Of a DNA stretch of 64,000 bases, positions 9,526-18,533 are shown piece by piece; the first letter of the stretch is position 1, and every line of letters begins with the position of its first letter. The translations under genes and the position numbers were made by a program. The notes under the pieces are model-generated. The model saw only the letters and a program-made list of their open reading frames with translations, did not search any database and had not been told where the DNA came from. Source of the stretch: Dongiaceae bacterium (GTDB taxonomy: Bacteria; Verrucomicrobiota; Verrucomicrobiia; Limisphaerales; JAFMIX01); assembly GCA_035492855.1 (NCBI GenBank), contig DATJIU010000312.1, positions 2,299-66,298 on the forward strand, written 5' to 3'.

Positions 9526-9564
9526 GTTCAATCCCGGCAGGATATTGTCCCGCCGGGATTGAAC
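9526..9564. repeat. Hairpin family F4, copy 1 (GTTCAATCCCGGC-N13-GCCGGGATTGAAC)
   Basis: 13-bp perfect stem lying 20 nt downstream of the pilC stop. The same stem core recurs at 33453-33482. Confidence 0.65.
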
Positions 9565-9583
9565 CTTGAAGCTGCCGGAAGGA

Positions 9584-10801
9584 TCAGTTGCGGCCGGACG
9601 GATTGACAATGTCAGCCATCTTGAAGATGGGCAGGAACATGCAAATCACCATGCCCCCCACCACCACGCCCAGGAAGACGATGAGGATGGGTTCGATGAG
9701 GGAGGTCAACCCGGACAGGGTGGTTTCAATTTCCTCGTCCAGGAAGTCGGAGATGCGTTCGAGCATGGCGTCAATTTTGCCGGTTTGCTCGCCAGCGGTG
9801 ATCATGCGGATGATCATGTTGGGGAAGACGGGATGCTTGCTCAGGGCGGTGGAAATGCTTTCGCCGCGTTCAATATCGCTGGCGGCGACCTTGATGGACT
9901 TTTCCATGACCGTGTTGCCGACGGTCTGCGACACGATCTGCAGGACTTCCAGGATGGGCACACCGCTGCGGATCAGCGAGGCCAGCGTGCGGGTGAACCG
10001 CGCCAGGCAGATCTTGTGGGCGATCTGGCCGAAGATGGGGAGCTTGATACGGCGGGAATCCCAGAACTCCCGGCCCTGCTTGGTCTTGATGAAAGTCAGC
10101 CAGCCATAAATGGACCCGCCCATGAAGAGGAAGATGAGGATGAAAAACTTCTGCACAAATTCGCTGAGATGCACCAGGAACATCGTGGGCGCGGGCAGCT
10201 TGGCCCCGAAGCTGGAGAAGATGTCGCCAAACACCGGCACAACCTTCACGAGCAGGAAGATGGTGATCAGGATGGCCACTACGGTGACCACGATGGGATA
10301 CATCGTCGCAGTCTTGACCTTCTTGCGCAGGCGGGCGGAATTTTCCAGGTAGGTGGCCAGGCGGGCCAGAATTTCCGCCAGCAAACCGCCGCGTTCACCG
10401 GCGGAAACCATGCTATAATAGAGTTTGTCGAACGCCTTGGGATGTTTCTGCAAGGCCTCGGAGAAGCTGTCGCCCGCCTCCACCCGCGCGCAGACGTCGC
10501 GGATGATGTCGCGCATCACCTTGTTGTTGGTCTGCTCGGCGAGGGCCTGCAACGATTGGACCATGGCCAGACCGGCGTCGATCATCGTGGCGAGCTGGCG
10601 GGTGAATACCACCATGTCCTGCAACCCCACCTTGCCGCCGGCGGTCTTGCCTTTTTTGCCGACCTTCTCGGCGATGGAAACCACCAGCAGATTGCGGTTG
10701 AGCAGCGCCGAGATGGCGGCCTGCTCGGTGACGGCTTCAATGGAATTGCGCAACTCCCGGCCAGTGGCCGTTTCGCGGGCAACAAATGAAAATGACGGCA
10801 T
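9584..10801 (-). CDS. pilC: Type II secretion / type IV pilus platform protein (GspF/PilC family)
   Basis: About 405 aa from MPSFSFVARETATGRELRNSIEA. It has duplicated GspF domains and 3 TM helices. The 88-codon upstream extension in the track ORF is discarded. Confidence 0.85.
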   Translation of the reverse strand: MPSFSFVARETATGRELRNSIEAVTEQAAISALLNRNLLVVSIAEKVGKKGKTAGGKVGLQDMVVFTRQLATMIDAGLAMVQSLQALAEQTNNKVMRDIIRDVCARVEAGDSFSEALQKHPKAFDKLYYSMVSAGERGGLLAEILARLATYLENSARLRKKVKTATMYPIVVTVVAILITIFLLVKVVPVFGDIFSSFGAKLPAPTMFLVHLSEFVQKFFILIFLFMGGSIYGWLTFIKTKQGREFWDSRRIKLPIFGQIAHKICLARFTRTLASLIRSGVPILEVLQIVSQTVGNTVMEKSIKVAASDIERGESISTALSKHPVFPNMIIRMITAGEQTGKIDAMLERISDFLDEEIETTLSGLTSLIEPILIVFLGVVVGGMVICMFLPIFKMADIVNPSGRN

Positions 10802-11106
10802 AATTAATCCTCGTCTGCTTGCTCTGGCCGGGGGCGCTGAATGCGGCTCCAACCTAAGAGCTGCTGAGCAGGCCGCATTCCAACCCGCGGTTCCGCCGGC
10901 TTTAATCCCAAAATCTGCCATTTCCTCCGGTTGCAACCCCCGCAGCCCGCCCGGGTTGCCCAAACTTGTGACAGTTGCAAAGGGCACCGGCCCCGGACTT
11001 CGCCCGGGGGCAAAACCGGGCTTTCCCGGGGAGAGTTCCCGGCAAAAAAACCCCATAAACCTCACAATTCAGCAGGTTTTGGCGGCCGGGACTGTCAAAA
11101 AAATTG

Positions 11107-11134
11107 TTGCAAACAGGTCACGACCGTCTAATAA
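11107..11134 (+). promoter_or_regulatory. Candidate sigma70-type promoter for the porin gene
   Basis: TTGCAA-16 nt-TAATAA about 100 nt upstream of the ATG at 11234. The leader then contains a CA-rich tract (acaaacaaacaacaaacaac) and a GGAGGA RBS. Confidence 0.3.
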
Positions 11135-11233
11135 TCCGGCAAACGCGTCCCTTGGGACGTCAGGGCAAGTCATATTGCCCGTTAGTGCACAGCCAGTAAT
11201 ACAAACAAACAACAAACAACATCGGAGGAACGA

Positions 11234-12385
11234 ATGAAGTTTAATAAATGGACATTGGGTTTGGCGGCCGTTGGTGCGGTCAGCCTGTCTTCGACGGTGA
11301 AAGCTGACGAAGCCCCAACCTTCCTGCAGACTGCGGTTTCTTCAACCGTAATCAGCGGTTACGTAAACACCTCGGCTCACTGGGATGTGGGTGATACTGG
11401 CGCTACCCCGCCGTACTCCTTCTCCGGTGGCAAGGCGGATGGTTTCAACGTGGATGTGGTTAAGGTCGGCATTTCCAAGGCCTTGGATGAAAGCGAATGG
11501 GCTTCCGGCTACAATGTCGAAATGCTCTACGGTCCGGACGCCGTGGGTTACACCACCACCGCCGGCGCCGCCAGCAGCCAATTCGCCCTCAAGCAGGCCT
11601 ATGTAGAACTGCGCGCCCCCGTGGGCAATGGCATTGACCTGAAGATGGGGCTTTTCGACACCATCATCGGTTACGAAGTGTTTGATGCCGGCAGCAACCC
11701 CAACTACACCCGTTCCTACGGCTATACCATTGAGCCGACCGAACATACCGGTCTGTTGGCCTCGTACAGCTTTGCGAGCTGGATCAGCGCGAGTGTGGGC
11801 GTGGCCAATACCACGGATGCCAACATCAATGGCCGGGCGGGCACTGCCTCATCCTACAAGAGCTATATGGGCTCGGTCACTTTGACCGCTCCGGACAGCT
11901 TCGGACCGCTCGCCGGTTCGTCCCTGTACTTGGGCGTCGTCAAGGGTGAATCCACCTTCGGCACCACCGCCAACGGCGGCGACTCCGTCAACTGGTACGC
12001 GGGCACGGTGGTCAACACCGGCGTCACCGGCCTGAAGGTCGGCGCGTCTTACGACTATCGCGGCACCGTGGACGACCGGGCCGGCACGCCCAGCTACTGG
12101 GCCAACGCCATCGCCCTGTACGGTTCCTTCCAGGCCAGCGAGAAGCTGAGCTTCCATGGCCGTGCTGAATATACCTGGGCCTCCAACGGCTTCTGGTACG
12201 GCGGCGTCGGCAGCGGCAGCGACTCAATCTATGCCATCACCGGCACCGTGCAGTATGACCTGTGGAAGAACGTCATGACCCGCGGTGAAATCCGCTGGGA
12301 TCACGCCAAGGACGGCATCTTCGGCAGCTCCGGCGACAAGAAGGATAACGTCCTGCTCGCCGCGAACGTCATCTACAAGTTCTAA
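11234..12385 (+). CDS. Outer-membrane beta-barrel porin-like protein
   Basis: Signal peptide MKFNKWTLGLAAVGAVSLSSTVKA. Alternating beta-strand pattern rich in G/Y/T/S. C-terminal ...NVIYKF with terminal Phe. Confidence 0.7.
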   Translation: MKFNKWTLGLAAVGAVSLSSTVKADEAPTFLQTAVSSTVISGYVNTSAHWDVGDTGATPPYSFSGGKADGFNVDVVKVGISKALDESEWASGYNVEMLYGPDAVGYTTTAGAASSQFALKQAYVELRAPVGNGIDLKMGLFDTIIGYEVFDAGSNPNYTRSYGYTIEPTEHTGLLASYSFASWISASVGVANTTDANINGRAGTASSYKSYMGSVTLTAPDSFGPLAGSSLYLGVVKGESTFGTTANGGDSVNWYAGTVVNTGVTGLKVGASYDYRGTVDDRAGTPSYWANAIALYGSFQASEKLSFHGRAEYTWASNGFWYGGVGSGSDSIYAITGTVQYDLWKNVMTRGEIRWDHAKDGIFGSSGDKKDNVLLAANVIYKF

Positions 12386-12401
12386 TCGAGTCTGAAATCT
12401 C

Positions 12402-12433
12402 AACCCCTTCCGGGAAACCGGAAGGGGTTTTTT
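12402..12433 (+). terminator. Rho-independent terminator of the porin gene
   Basis: AACCCCTTCCGG-GAAA-CCGGAAGGGGTT followed by TTTTTG. Confidence 0.85.
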
Positions 12434-12862
12434 GTTGACCGGGTTCATCCGGAAAAGGGTCATTTTCACCATTTCCAGGTTGAAACCTTGAGAGCTGTTG
12501 CGGCGTCCTATGAGATGTATGCCGAAACGGTAGCGGCGGGACGATGGTATTGGCTGCAGGAATGCGGCAGCCGGCAAAACCCATTGAAAGCTGCACTCAG
12601 CGGCAGTTCAATGCTCCGATGTGGGTCTTGGGATGGCCGCCCCGGGCGTTGCCGGTTGCGGGTCATTTTTTTCGTGCGTTGGGATGGATTCATGCTTCCC
12701 GGGTTCTCCGCGAAGCGCGGAAACCAGCGCCCGAGGCGATTTCTGGCGTTCCCTAAAAATTCGCCGGCAAATCCCGGCTTGAACAAAGTGCCCCGACCCG
12801 CTAGTTTGAAGGCATAAGGCGTATGCCGCCTTAAGGATTTGCAATCAGCAAGCGCCCGACAC

Positions 12863-13573
12863 ATGCAAAAAAACCAGAAAACCTGGCAGTCGTTGGAGGA
12901 TATGCGGCAGGCCGCCGAGGAAGGCGATCCGGTGGCGCAGCGTTATCTGGGCATCTGCTATCAGACCGGTCAGGGACTGCCCCAGGATTCCCATCAGGCC
13001 GTGCATTGGTTCCGTCTGGCCGCCGCCCAGGATGATGCCGCCGCCCAATGCTACCTCGGATTTTGCTATCAGACCGGCCAGGGGGTGCCCCAGGAACTCG
13101 GTCAGGCCGCCAAGTGGTTTCGCGAAGCCGCCGAACAGGGCGATCCCGCGGCGCAATTCAATCTCGGCATCTGCTACGAAACCGGCCAGGGCGTGCCGCA
13201 AAACTATGCCGAGGCGTTCAAATGGTTCCGCGAAGCCGGCGAACGTGGCGAACCGCAGGCGCAATTCAATCTGGGAGTTTATTACGAGGCCGGCCAGGTG
13301 GTGCCGCGCGATTATGCCGAAGCTGTGAAGTGGTACACCCTCGCCGCGGAACAGGAATGCGGGCCCGCCCAATGCAACCTCGGCCTCTGTTACCAGTTGG
13401 GCCGCGGCGTGGAGCAAAACATGAACCAGGCCGTGCAGTGGTTCTTGCGCGCCGCCAAGCAGGGCGACAAGACCGCACAATATAATCTCGGGCTGTACTA
13501 CGCCCAAACCGATGCCGTGACCGACCTGGACACGGAGATTCCGGATGAAACCGTGGCCGATGAAGCCAGCTAA
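12863..13573 (+). CDS. Sel1-repeat (TPR-like) protein
   Basis: Six consecutive 36-aa Sel1 units (AQxxLGxCYxTGQGVPQxxxxAxxWFRxAA). The 108-bp periodicity is visible in the DNA. The first ATG is at 12863; the track ORF begins at TTG 12839. Confidence 0.85.
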   Translation: MQKNQKTWQSLEDMRQAAEEGDPVAQRYLGICYQTGQGLPQDSHQAVHWFRLAAAQDDAAAQCYLGFCYQTGQGVPQELGQAAKWFREAAEQGDPAAQFNLGICYETGQGVPQNYAEAFKWFREAGERGEPQAQFNLGVYYEAGQVVPRDYAEAVKWYTLAAEQECGPAQCNLGLCYQLGRGVEQNMNQAVQWFLRAAKQGDKTAQYNLGLYYAQTDAVTDLDTEIPDETVADEAS

Positions 13574-13645
13574 TCCGGCCGTGCTTCGCCCGCCAACCAC
13601 GTTCATAATATCCCCCGGGTTCCGGCCAACCCCGGCACTTGCCTC

Positions 13646-14794
13646 ATGTTCGAATTGCTGAAGACCGACCCCGCGTCCAAAGCCCGCCTGGGGCGGCTCA
13701 CCACGGCTCATGGCGTGGTAGATACGCCTGTCTTCATGCCCGTGGGCACGCAGGGCAGCGTCAAGGCGCTGGACCTGCGCGAACTCAACGAAGCCGGCAC
13801 CTCGATCATCCTCGGCAACACCTATCACCTGAATTTGAGACCGGGGCTGGAAATCATCACCGCCGGCGGCGGGCTGCACCGCTTCATAAACTGGGACAAA
13901 CCGATTCTCACCGATAGCGGCGGCTTCCAGGTCTTCAGCCTGGCCAAAATCCGCAAGGTCAAACCGCACGGGGTGGAATTCCGTTCCCACCTCGACGGTT
14001 CCCTGCTCTTCCTCGGTCCGAAAGAGTCCATGGAAATCCAGCGCATCCTCGGCTCGGACATCGCCATGACGTTCGATGAATGCCCGCCCCACGACGCGCC
14101 CGCCAAAGAACAGCGCCACGCCGTGGAGCGCACCATCCGCTGGGCCCGGGAATGCCGCGAACAACCGCGCGCGCCCGGGCAGCTCGTCTTTGGCATCTGC
14201 CAGGGCGGCGTGAACCCGGCGTTGCGCGAGGAGTGCGCCAAGGCCATCGTGGAACTGGGCTTCGACGGCTATGCCATCGGCGGCGTGAGCGTGGGCGAAC
14301 CGGAACCGGAAATGATGAAGGCGGTGGAACTGGCCGAGCCGTTTTTGCCGGCCAACCAACCGCGTTACGCCATGGGCCTGGGCACGCCCGCGCAACTGGT
14401 GGAACTGGTGGCCCGCGGCGTGGACATGTTTGACTGCGTATTACCCACCCGCATTGCCCGCAACGGCACGGCCATGACCCGCAAGGGCGCGGTAAGCATC
14501 AAGGCCGGTTTCAACAAGGCCGACTTCGGGCCCATCGAGGAAGGCTGTGACTGCTTTGCCTGCCGGCATCACACCCGCGCCTACCTGCGGCATTTATTGA
14601 ACGTGAATGAAATCCTCGGCCTGCGGATGCTCAGCGTGCACAACTCGCATATGATTCTCAAGGTCATGGCCGACATTCGCACACACCTGGCCGCGGGCAC
14701 CTTTGCCGAATTCCGGCGCGAGTTCATTGCCCACTACGTGCCGTCCAAAAAGGTCATGCTCGCCCGGGTAGCCGCTGCGGCGGCAAATTCCTAA
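13646..14794 (+). CDS. tgt: Queuine tRNA-ribosyltransferase (tRNA-guanine transglycosylase)
   Basis: MFELLKTD...ARLGRLTTAHGVVDTPVFMPVGTQGSVKAL, LGNTYHL, DSGGFQV, and the C-x-C-x2-C...H zinc motif (CDCFACRHHTRAYLRHL). Confidence 0.92.
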   Translation: MFELLKTDPASKARLGRLTTAHGVVDTPVFMPVGTQGSVKALDLRELNEAGTSIILGNTYHLNLRPGLEIITAGGGLHRFINWDKPILTDSGGFQVFSLAKIRKVKPHGVEFRSHLDGSLLFLGPKESMEIQRILGSDIAMTFDECPPHDAPAKEQRHAVERTIRWARECREQPRAPGQLVFGICQGGVNPALREECAKAIVELGFDGYAIGGVSVGEPEPEMMKAVELAEPFLPANQPRYAMGLGTPAQLVELVARGVDMFDCVLPTRIARNGTAMTRKGAVSIKAGFNKADFGPIEEGCDCFACRHHTRAYLRHLLNVNEILGLRMLSVHNSHMILKVMADIRTHLAAGTFAEFRREFIAHYVPSKKVMLARVAAAAANS

Positions 14795-14824
14795 TCCAGA
14801 CTGCGCTGCCGGTCTCTGTGCCGC

Positions 14825-16267
14825 TCAAGGCTCCTGTTTTTGATTCCAGTCAGTGAAGGGATCCCACGGCGGCAGCAGGACGGGTTTCTGGTCGGCCAGC
14901 TTCAGCAGGTCTGGCGGGACGAAACGCTTGTCAATGATGACCTGGTACACGTGTTTGCCGAACCACTCGCGGTCAATGATGAACCAGCCCTTGTCGCCGG
15001 CCTTTTTGCCCCAGGAATTTTCCACCTTCCATTTCACGGGCACGCCCTGGCGTACATCCACCCCGGTGAACACCATGGCGTGGTTGGGCAGGCCGTTGTC
15101 ATAAGCCAGCGTATCTGCCTTGGTCATGGAGAAATCCATGCCAAATAAATCTGCCTTGTCCTCCACGTCCTGGAGCCAGAGCCCTTTGGCCTTGTCGTGC
15201 TCGGCGGCCGCATTGGCCGCAAACCACACCGGCTGGTCGGCCATGATGGATTTGAGCGTCATGGCCTCCATTTCGGACATCTCGATATTCACCGCTTCGC
15301 AGTTCGGCTGGTCGGCCAGGTTCCGTTCCCAGGCCCATTCCAGGCGGGCGTGCATGGGCTGGCCCGGGTAGTTGGCAAAACTCACGTAGCGGTCCAGGTC
15401 TTCATCCAGGAATTTCTTGCGGAAAGACTGGGGGGTGTAGGTTTCCAGGGAACTGAGCTTGCCCTTCTTCGTTTCATAGCGCCACTCAAAGGACGTCGGC
15501 GGTTTGCCGAGGCAGAGCACCAGAATTTTGTACACATCCTGCAAGGCGGCCATTTTCACCTGGCGCAATTCCGCCACATCGGCGTGGTCGTGGGCCGGCT
15601 GGCGCATCTCCGCCACGGCCTTGCGGAGGCGCGTGGCCAGCAGCGCGGCCATTTCATCCGTGTGCGCGGCGGCGTAGTCATCCGGCATGACTGCTTCCGG
15701 CACCGCCCCATATTTCCGGATCAACGCCCGGACGTAATTCCAGTTGCCGCCATCATTGATCAGGTTCTTGAGCAGGGTATCCATGCGGCGGCTGTGAATG
15801 GGTTCCGTGCGCAGTGCGATGGCCAGTTCCAGGGAACGGTTGGCGGCCTCCAGTTCCTGATAAAACTGTTCGTAAGCCTGCGACAGCATGAAGTCCTTCA
15901 TTTTGTTCCGGGCAATGACTCCCGGCCGGAGGGCATTGAGGCCGGCGAACAGCCAGCACCGCCCGGAATCTTTCTGGTCGGCAATCGAACCGGGCGCGGA
16001 AATTTCCTTGGTAAAAAACGAGTCGGTGCCGAGTTCCACGTCCGGGTTGACGGTCAGCGAACGGACGCTGTGGTCCGCCAGGGCGTTCCGCGCGGCCCGC
16101 AACTGGGGCGTTAGCGGCACCGCCGTCTCCAGGAATTGCAGCATTTCCGGCGTAAGCGCGGCGGCGGCGGCAGGTGCCTCCCCGGGCAATGGTTCATATT
16201 GCCCGTACAGCGAACCGGCGGCCAGAACCGTCCCGACGAGGAGGAGAAATTGCAAAATATGTTTCAT
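14825..16267 (-). CDS. pepC: Aminopeptidase C / bleomycin hydrolase-like cysteine peptidase (C1B) with signal peptide
   Basis: Active-site context DQKDSGRCWLFAGLNALR. Later NHAMVFTGVD and VENSWG. The N-terminus is hydrophobic. Confidence 0.8.
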   Translation of the reverse strand: MKHILQFLLLVGTVLAAGSLYGQYEPLPGEAPAAAAALTPEMLQFLETAVPLTPQLRAARNALADHSVRSLTVNPDVELGTDSFFTKEISAPGSIADQKDSGRCWLFAGLNALRPGVIARNKMKDFMLSQAYEQFYQELEAANRSLELAIALRTEPIHSRRMDTLLKNLINDGGNWNYVRALIRKYGAVPEAVMPDDYAAAHTDEMAALLATRLRKAVAEMRQPAHDHADVAELRQVKMAALQDVYKILVLCLGKPPTSFEWRYETKKGKLSSLETYTPQSFRKKFLDEDLDRYVSFANYPGQPMHARLEWAWERNLADQPNCEAVNIEMSEMEAMTLKSIMADQPVWFAANAAAEHDKAKGLWLQDVEDKADLFGMDFSMTKADTLAYDNGLPNHAMVFTGVDVRQGVPVKWKVENSWGKKAGDKGWFIIDREWFGKHVYQVIIDKRFVPPDLLKLADQKPVLLPPWDPFTDWNQKQEP

Positions 16268-16486
16268 AATTGAGAACTGGAAGTGTCCGCGGTTCCGGGT
16301 TCACCTGGTCGCCCCGGCCCACGGCGGCAACGCCACAGGTTGCCGGCACCGCCAACGTTTAACAGCCGGCGCGCCGGGTTTCAAGTCCCGGTCGCCCGAG
16401 GGGAGGATTTTACGCCCCCCATACAGCCGCGGCGTCCGACTCCCTTTTGGCTTTCACCCGTCCGGTTCAACTGTTACAAAGCCCGC

Positions 16487-17299
16487 ATGGCGCAATTGAA
16501 AATTGGATTCCTGGGGGCGGGTAAAATGGCCACGGCGCTGGCCCAGGGGTTGGTAAACGCCAAACTGGTGAAAGCCGGCCAGCTTTTTGCCGCCGACCCC
16601 GTGCCGGCGGCACGGGAAAGTTTCGCCGCTGAAACCGGCGCCAAAACCAGCGCCACCAACCTGGCAGTGGCCCAGGCCGCCACCGTGCTTATCCTCGCCA
16701 CCAAGCCCGACCAGGTCGGCGCCGCGCTGGCGGAGATTTCCGGAGCCGTCACCAAAAATCATCTGCTCATTTCCATCGCCGCCGGGGTGACCCTAGCCAA
16801 ACTGGAGGCCGCCCTGCCTGCCGGCGCCCGGGTCATCCGTGTGATGCCCAACACGCCCGCCCTGGTGGGCGCCGGGGCTTCCGGGTTTGCACTCGGCCAT
16901 AACGCCACCGCCGCCGATGGCGCGCTGGCGCAAAAATTGTTGGCAGCCGTTGGGGTGGCCGTGCCGGTGAAGGAGAGTTTGCTGGATGCGGTGACCGGTT
17001 TGAGCGGCAGCGGTCCGGCCTATGTGTACCAATTCATCGAAGCCTTGAGCGACGGCGGCGTGGCCGCCGGTCTGCCCCGGGCCGTAGCCACCCAGTTGGC
17101 CGCCCAAACGGTGCTCGGCGCCGCCAAGATGGTGTTGGAAACCGGACAACATCCCGGCGTGCTCAAGGATCAGGTGACCAGCCCCGGCGGCACGACCATT
17201 GAAGGGCTGCACGAATTGGAAAAAGGCAAGCTGCGCGGCACGGTAATGACCGCCGTGCGGGCGGCCGCGGAGAAATCCAAAAAGCTCGGCCAGTCATGA
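16487..17299 (+). CDS. proC: Pyrroline-5-carboxylate reductase
   Basis: Internal ATG gives MAQLKIGFLGAGKMATALAQGL (Rossmann fold). C-terminal VTSPGGTTIEGL motif. Confidence 0.9.
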   Translation: MAQLKIGFLGAGKMATALAQGLVNAKLVKAGQLFAADPVPAARESFAAETGAKTSATNLAVAQAATVLILATKPDQVGAALAEISGAVTKNHLLISIAAGVTLAKLEAALPAGARVIRVMPNTPALVGAGASGFALGHNATAADGALAQKLLAAVGVAVPVKESLLDAVTGLSGSGPAYVYQFIEALSDGGVAAGLPRAVATQLAAQTVLGAAKMVLETGQHPGVLKDQVTSPGGTTIEGLHELEKGKLRGTVMTAVRAAAEKSKKLGQS

Positions 17300-18456
17300 A
17301 CCTCACCCCGCCCACCCCAAACCAGCAGCGCATCTTTTGGTTTGCGCTGACGGCGCTGGCTGTGGCCATGGTGATAGCCGTGGGAGCCGGATTTATTTGG
17401 GGGCTGGGGCAACTGCTGGATTTGATGAGCCCGGTGTTGTGGCCGCTGGCCGTGGCGGGGGTGGTGGCCTGTTTGTTGTCGCCGCTGGTGGACTGGCTGG
17501 AAAGCCGCCGGTTACCGCGCACCCGGGCCATCATCCTGGTATTCGTGGTGGTGTTCGCGGTGGTGGGCGGCGTGCTGGCCAGCGTGATCCCGCAGGTGGT
17601 GCTGGAAACCCAGCAACTCGCCAAAAAAATCCCGGATTACTCCGCGCAACTTCAGGTCCGCGCCGCCAATTTTATGGCGCATCCGCCGGATTTGCTGCGC
17701 CGGTTCCTGCCCGCGTCCGACAACCCGGACACCACCCCGGCCGCCGGACTCGATTATCAGACCCTCGCGCCAGCCACCGACTGGCTCAAGAACAGCCTGC
17801 CCAAACTGGGTTCGTGGCTGGTGCACCAGACCGGCCGCGTGGCCTCCGGATTTGGCATCCTCGTGGGATTGGCGCTGATTCCCGTGTACGCCTTTTACTT
17901 TCTGCTGGAGAAACGCAGCATGCAACTGCATTGGAAGGAATACCTGCCCTTGCGGAATGACGCGGCGCGGGCCGAGCTTTCCTTTGTGCTGGATGCCATC
18001 AGCCGCTATCTGGTGGCGTTCTTTCGCGGGCAGGTGCTGGTGGCCCTGTGCGACGCGGTCATGTACACCATCGGGTTCTCCCTGGTGGGCCTGAACTACG
18101 CCTTCCTGCTGGGTTTCGCCGCGGTGATCCTGACCATGATCCCCTTCCTCGGTGCCATTGTCATCCTGCTCACGGCGCTGCTGCTGGCGTTTGTGCAATT
18201 TGGCGACGGCCTGCACCCGCTCCTGGTGCTGGCCGTGTTCGGGGTGGTACAATCACTGGAAGGACTGGTAATTTCGCCCAAGATCATGGGTGACCGCGTG
18301 GGATTGCACCCGCTGACCATCATCATCGCCGTGCTGGTGGGCACCACCCTGTTGGGCGGCATCCTCGGCGGCATCCTGGCCATCCCGCTGACCGCCGCCC
18401 TGCGTACCCTGATGTTCCGCTATGTGTGGAAGCGCCGGGAACCGCAAGGTCATTAA
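17296..18456 (+). CDS. AI-2E family transporter (PerM/YhhT, UPF0118)
   Basis: Multi-pass membrane protein with family-typical ...PFLGAIV...SLEGLVISPKIMGDRVGLHPL. Its ATGA overlaps the proC stop. Confidence 0.8.
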   Translation: MNLTPPTPNQQRIFWFALTALAVAMVIAVGAGFIWGLGQLLDLMSPVLWPLAVAGVVACLLSPLVDWLESRRLPRTRAIILVFVVVFAVVGGVLASVIPQVVLETQQLAKKIPDYSAQLQVRAANFMAHPPDLLRRFLPASDNPDTTPAAGLDYQTLAPATDWLKNSLPKLGSWLVHQTGRVASGFGILVGLALIPVYAFYFLLEKRSMQLHWKEYLPLRNDAARAELSFVLDAISRYLVAFFRGQVLVALCDAVMYTIGFSLVGLNYAFLLGFAAVILTMIPFLGAIVILLTALLLAFVQFGDGLHPLLVLAVFGVVQSLEGLVISPKIMGDRVGLHPLTIIIAVLVGTTLLGGILGGILAIPLTAALRTLMFRYVWKRREPQGH

Positions 18457-18533
18457 GCTTTCTTTTTTTGCTTCCCCAGCAATAATGGTTTTGTAATCTG
18501 ACGCTCGACCCAATTCAACCCCATCCACTTGTT

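Noticed and set aside
9584-11065. Long N-terminal extensions in track ORFs for pilC, proC, prfA, ispE, pal, tolQ, ltaE, the aldehyde dehydrogenase, the CrtP-like gene, GT2 and the TPR/PMT gene.
   Set aside because: Family-typical N-termini begin at internal ATGs. Several of these form ATGA overlaps with the upstream stop. The extensions are Arg/Pro-rich and overlap neighbouring genes or intergenic repeats.
12845-14395. 516-aa minus-strand ORF opposite the Sel1-repeat gene and tgt.
   Set aside because: tgt and the Sel1 repeats are unambiguous on the plus strand. This is an antisense artefact.
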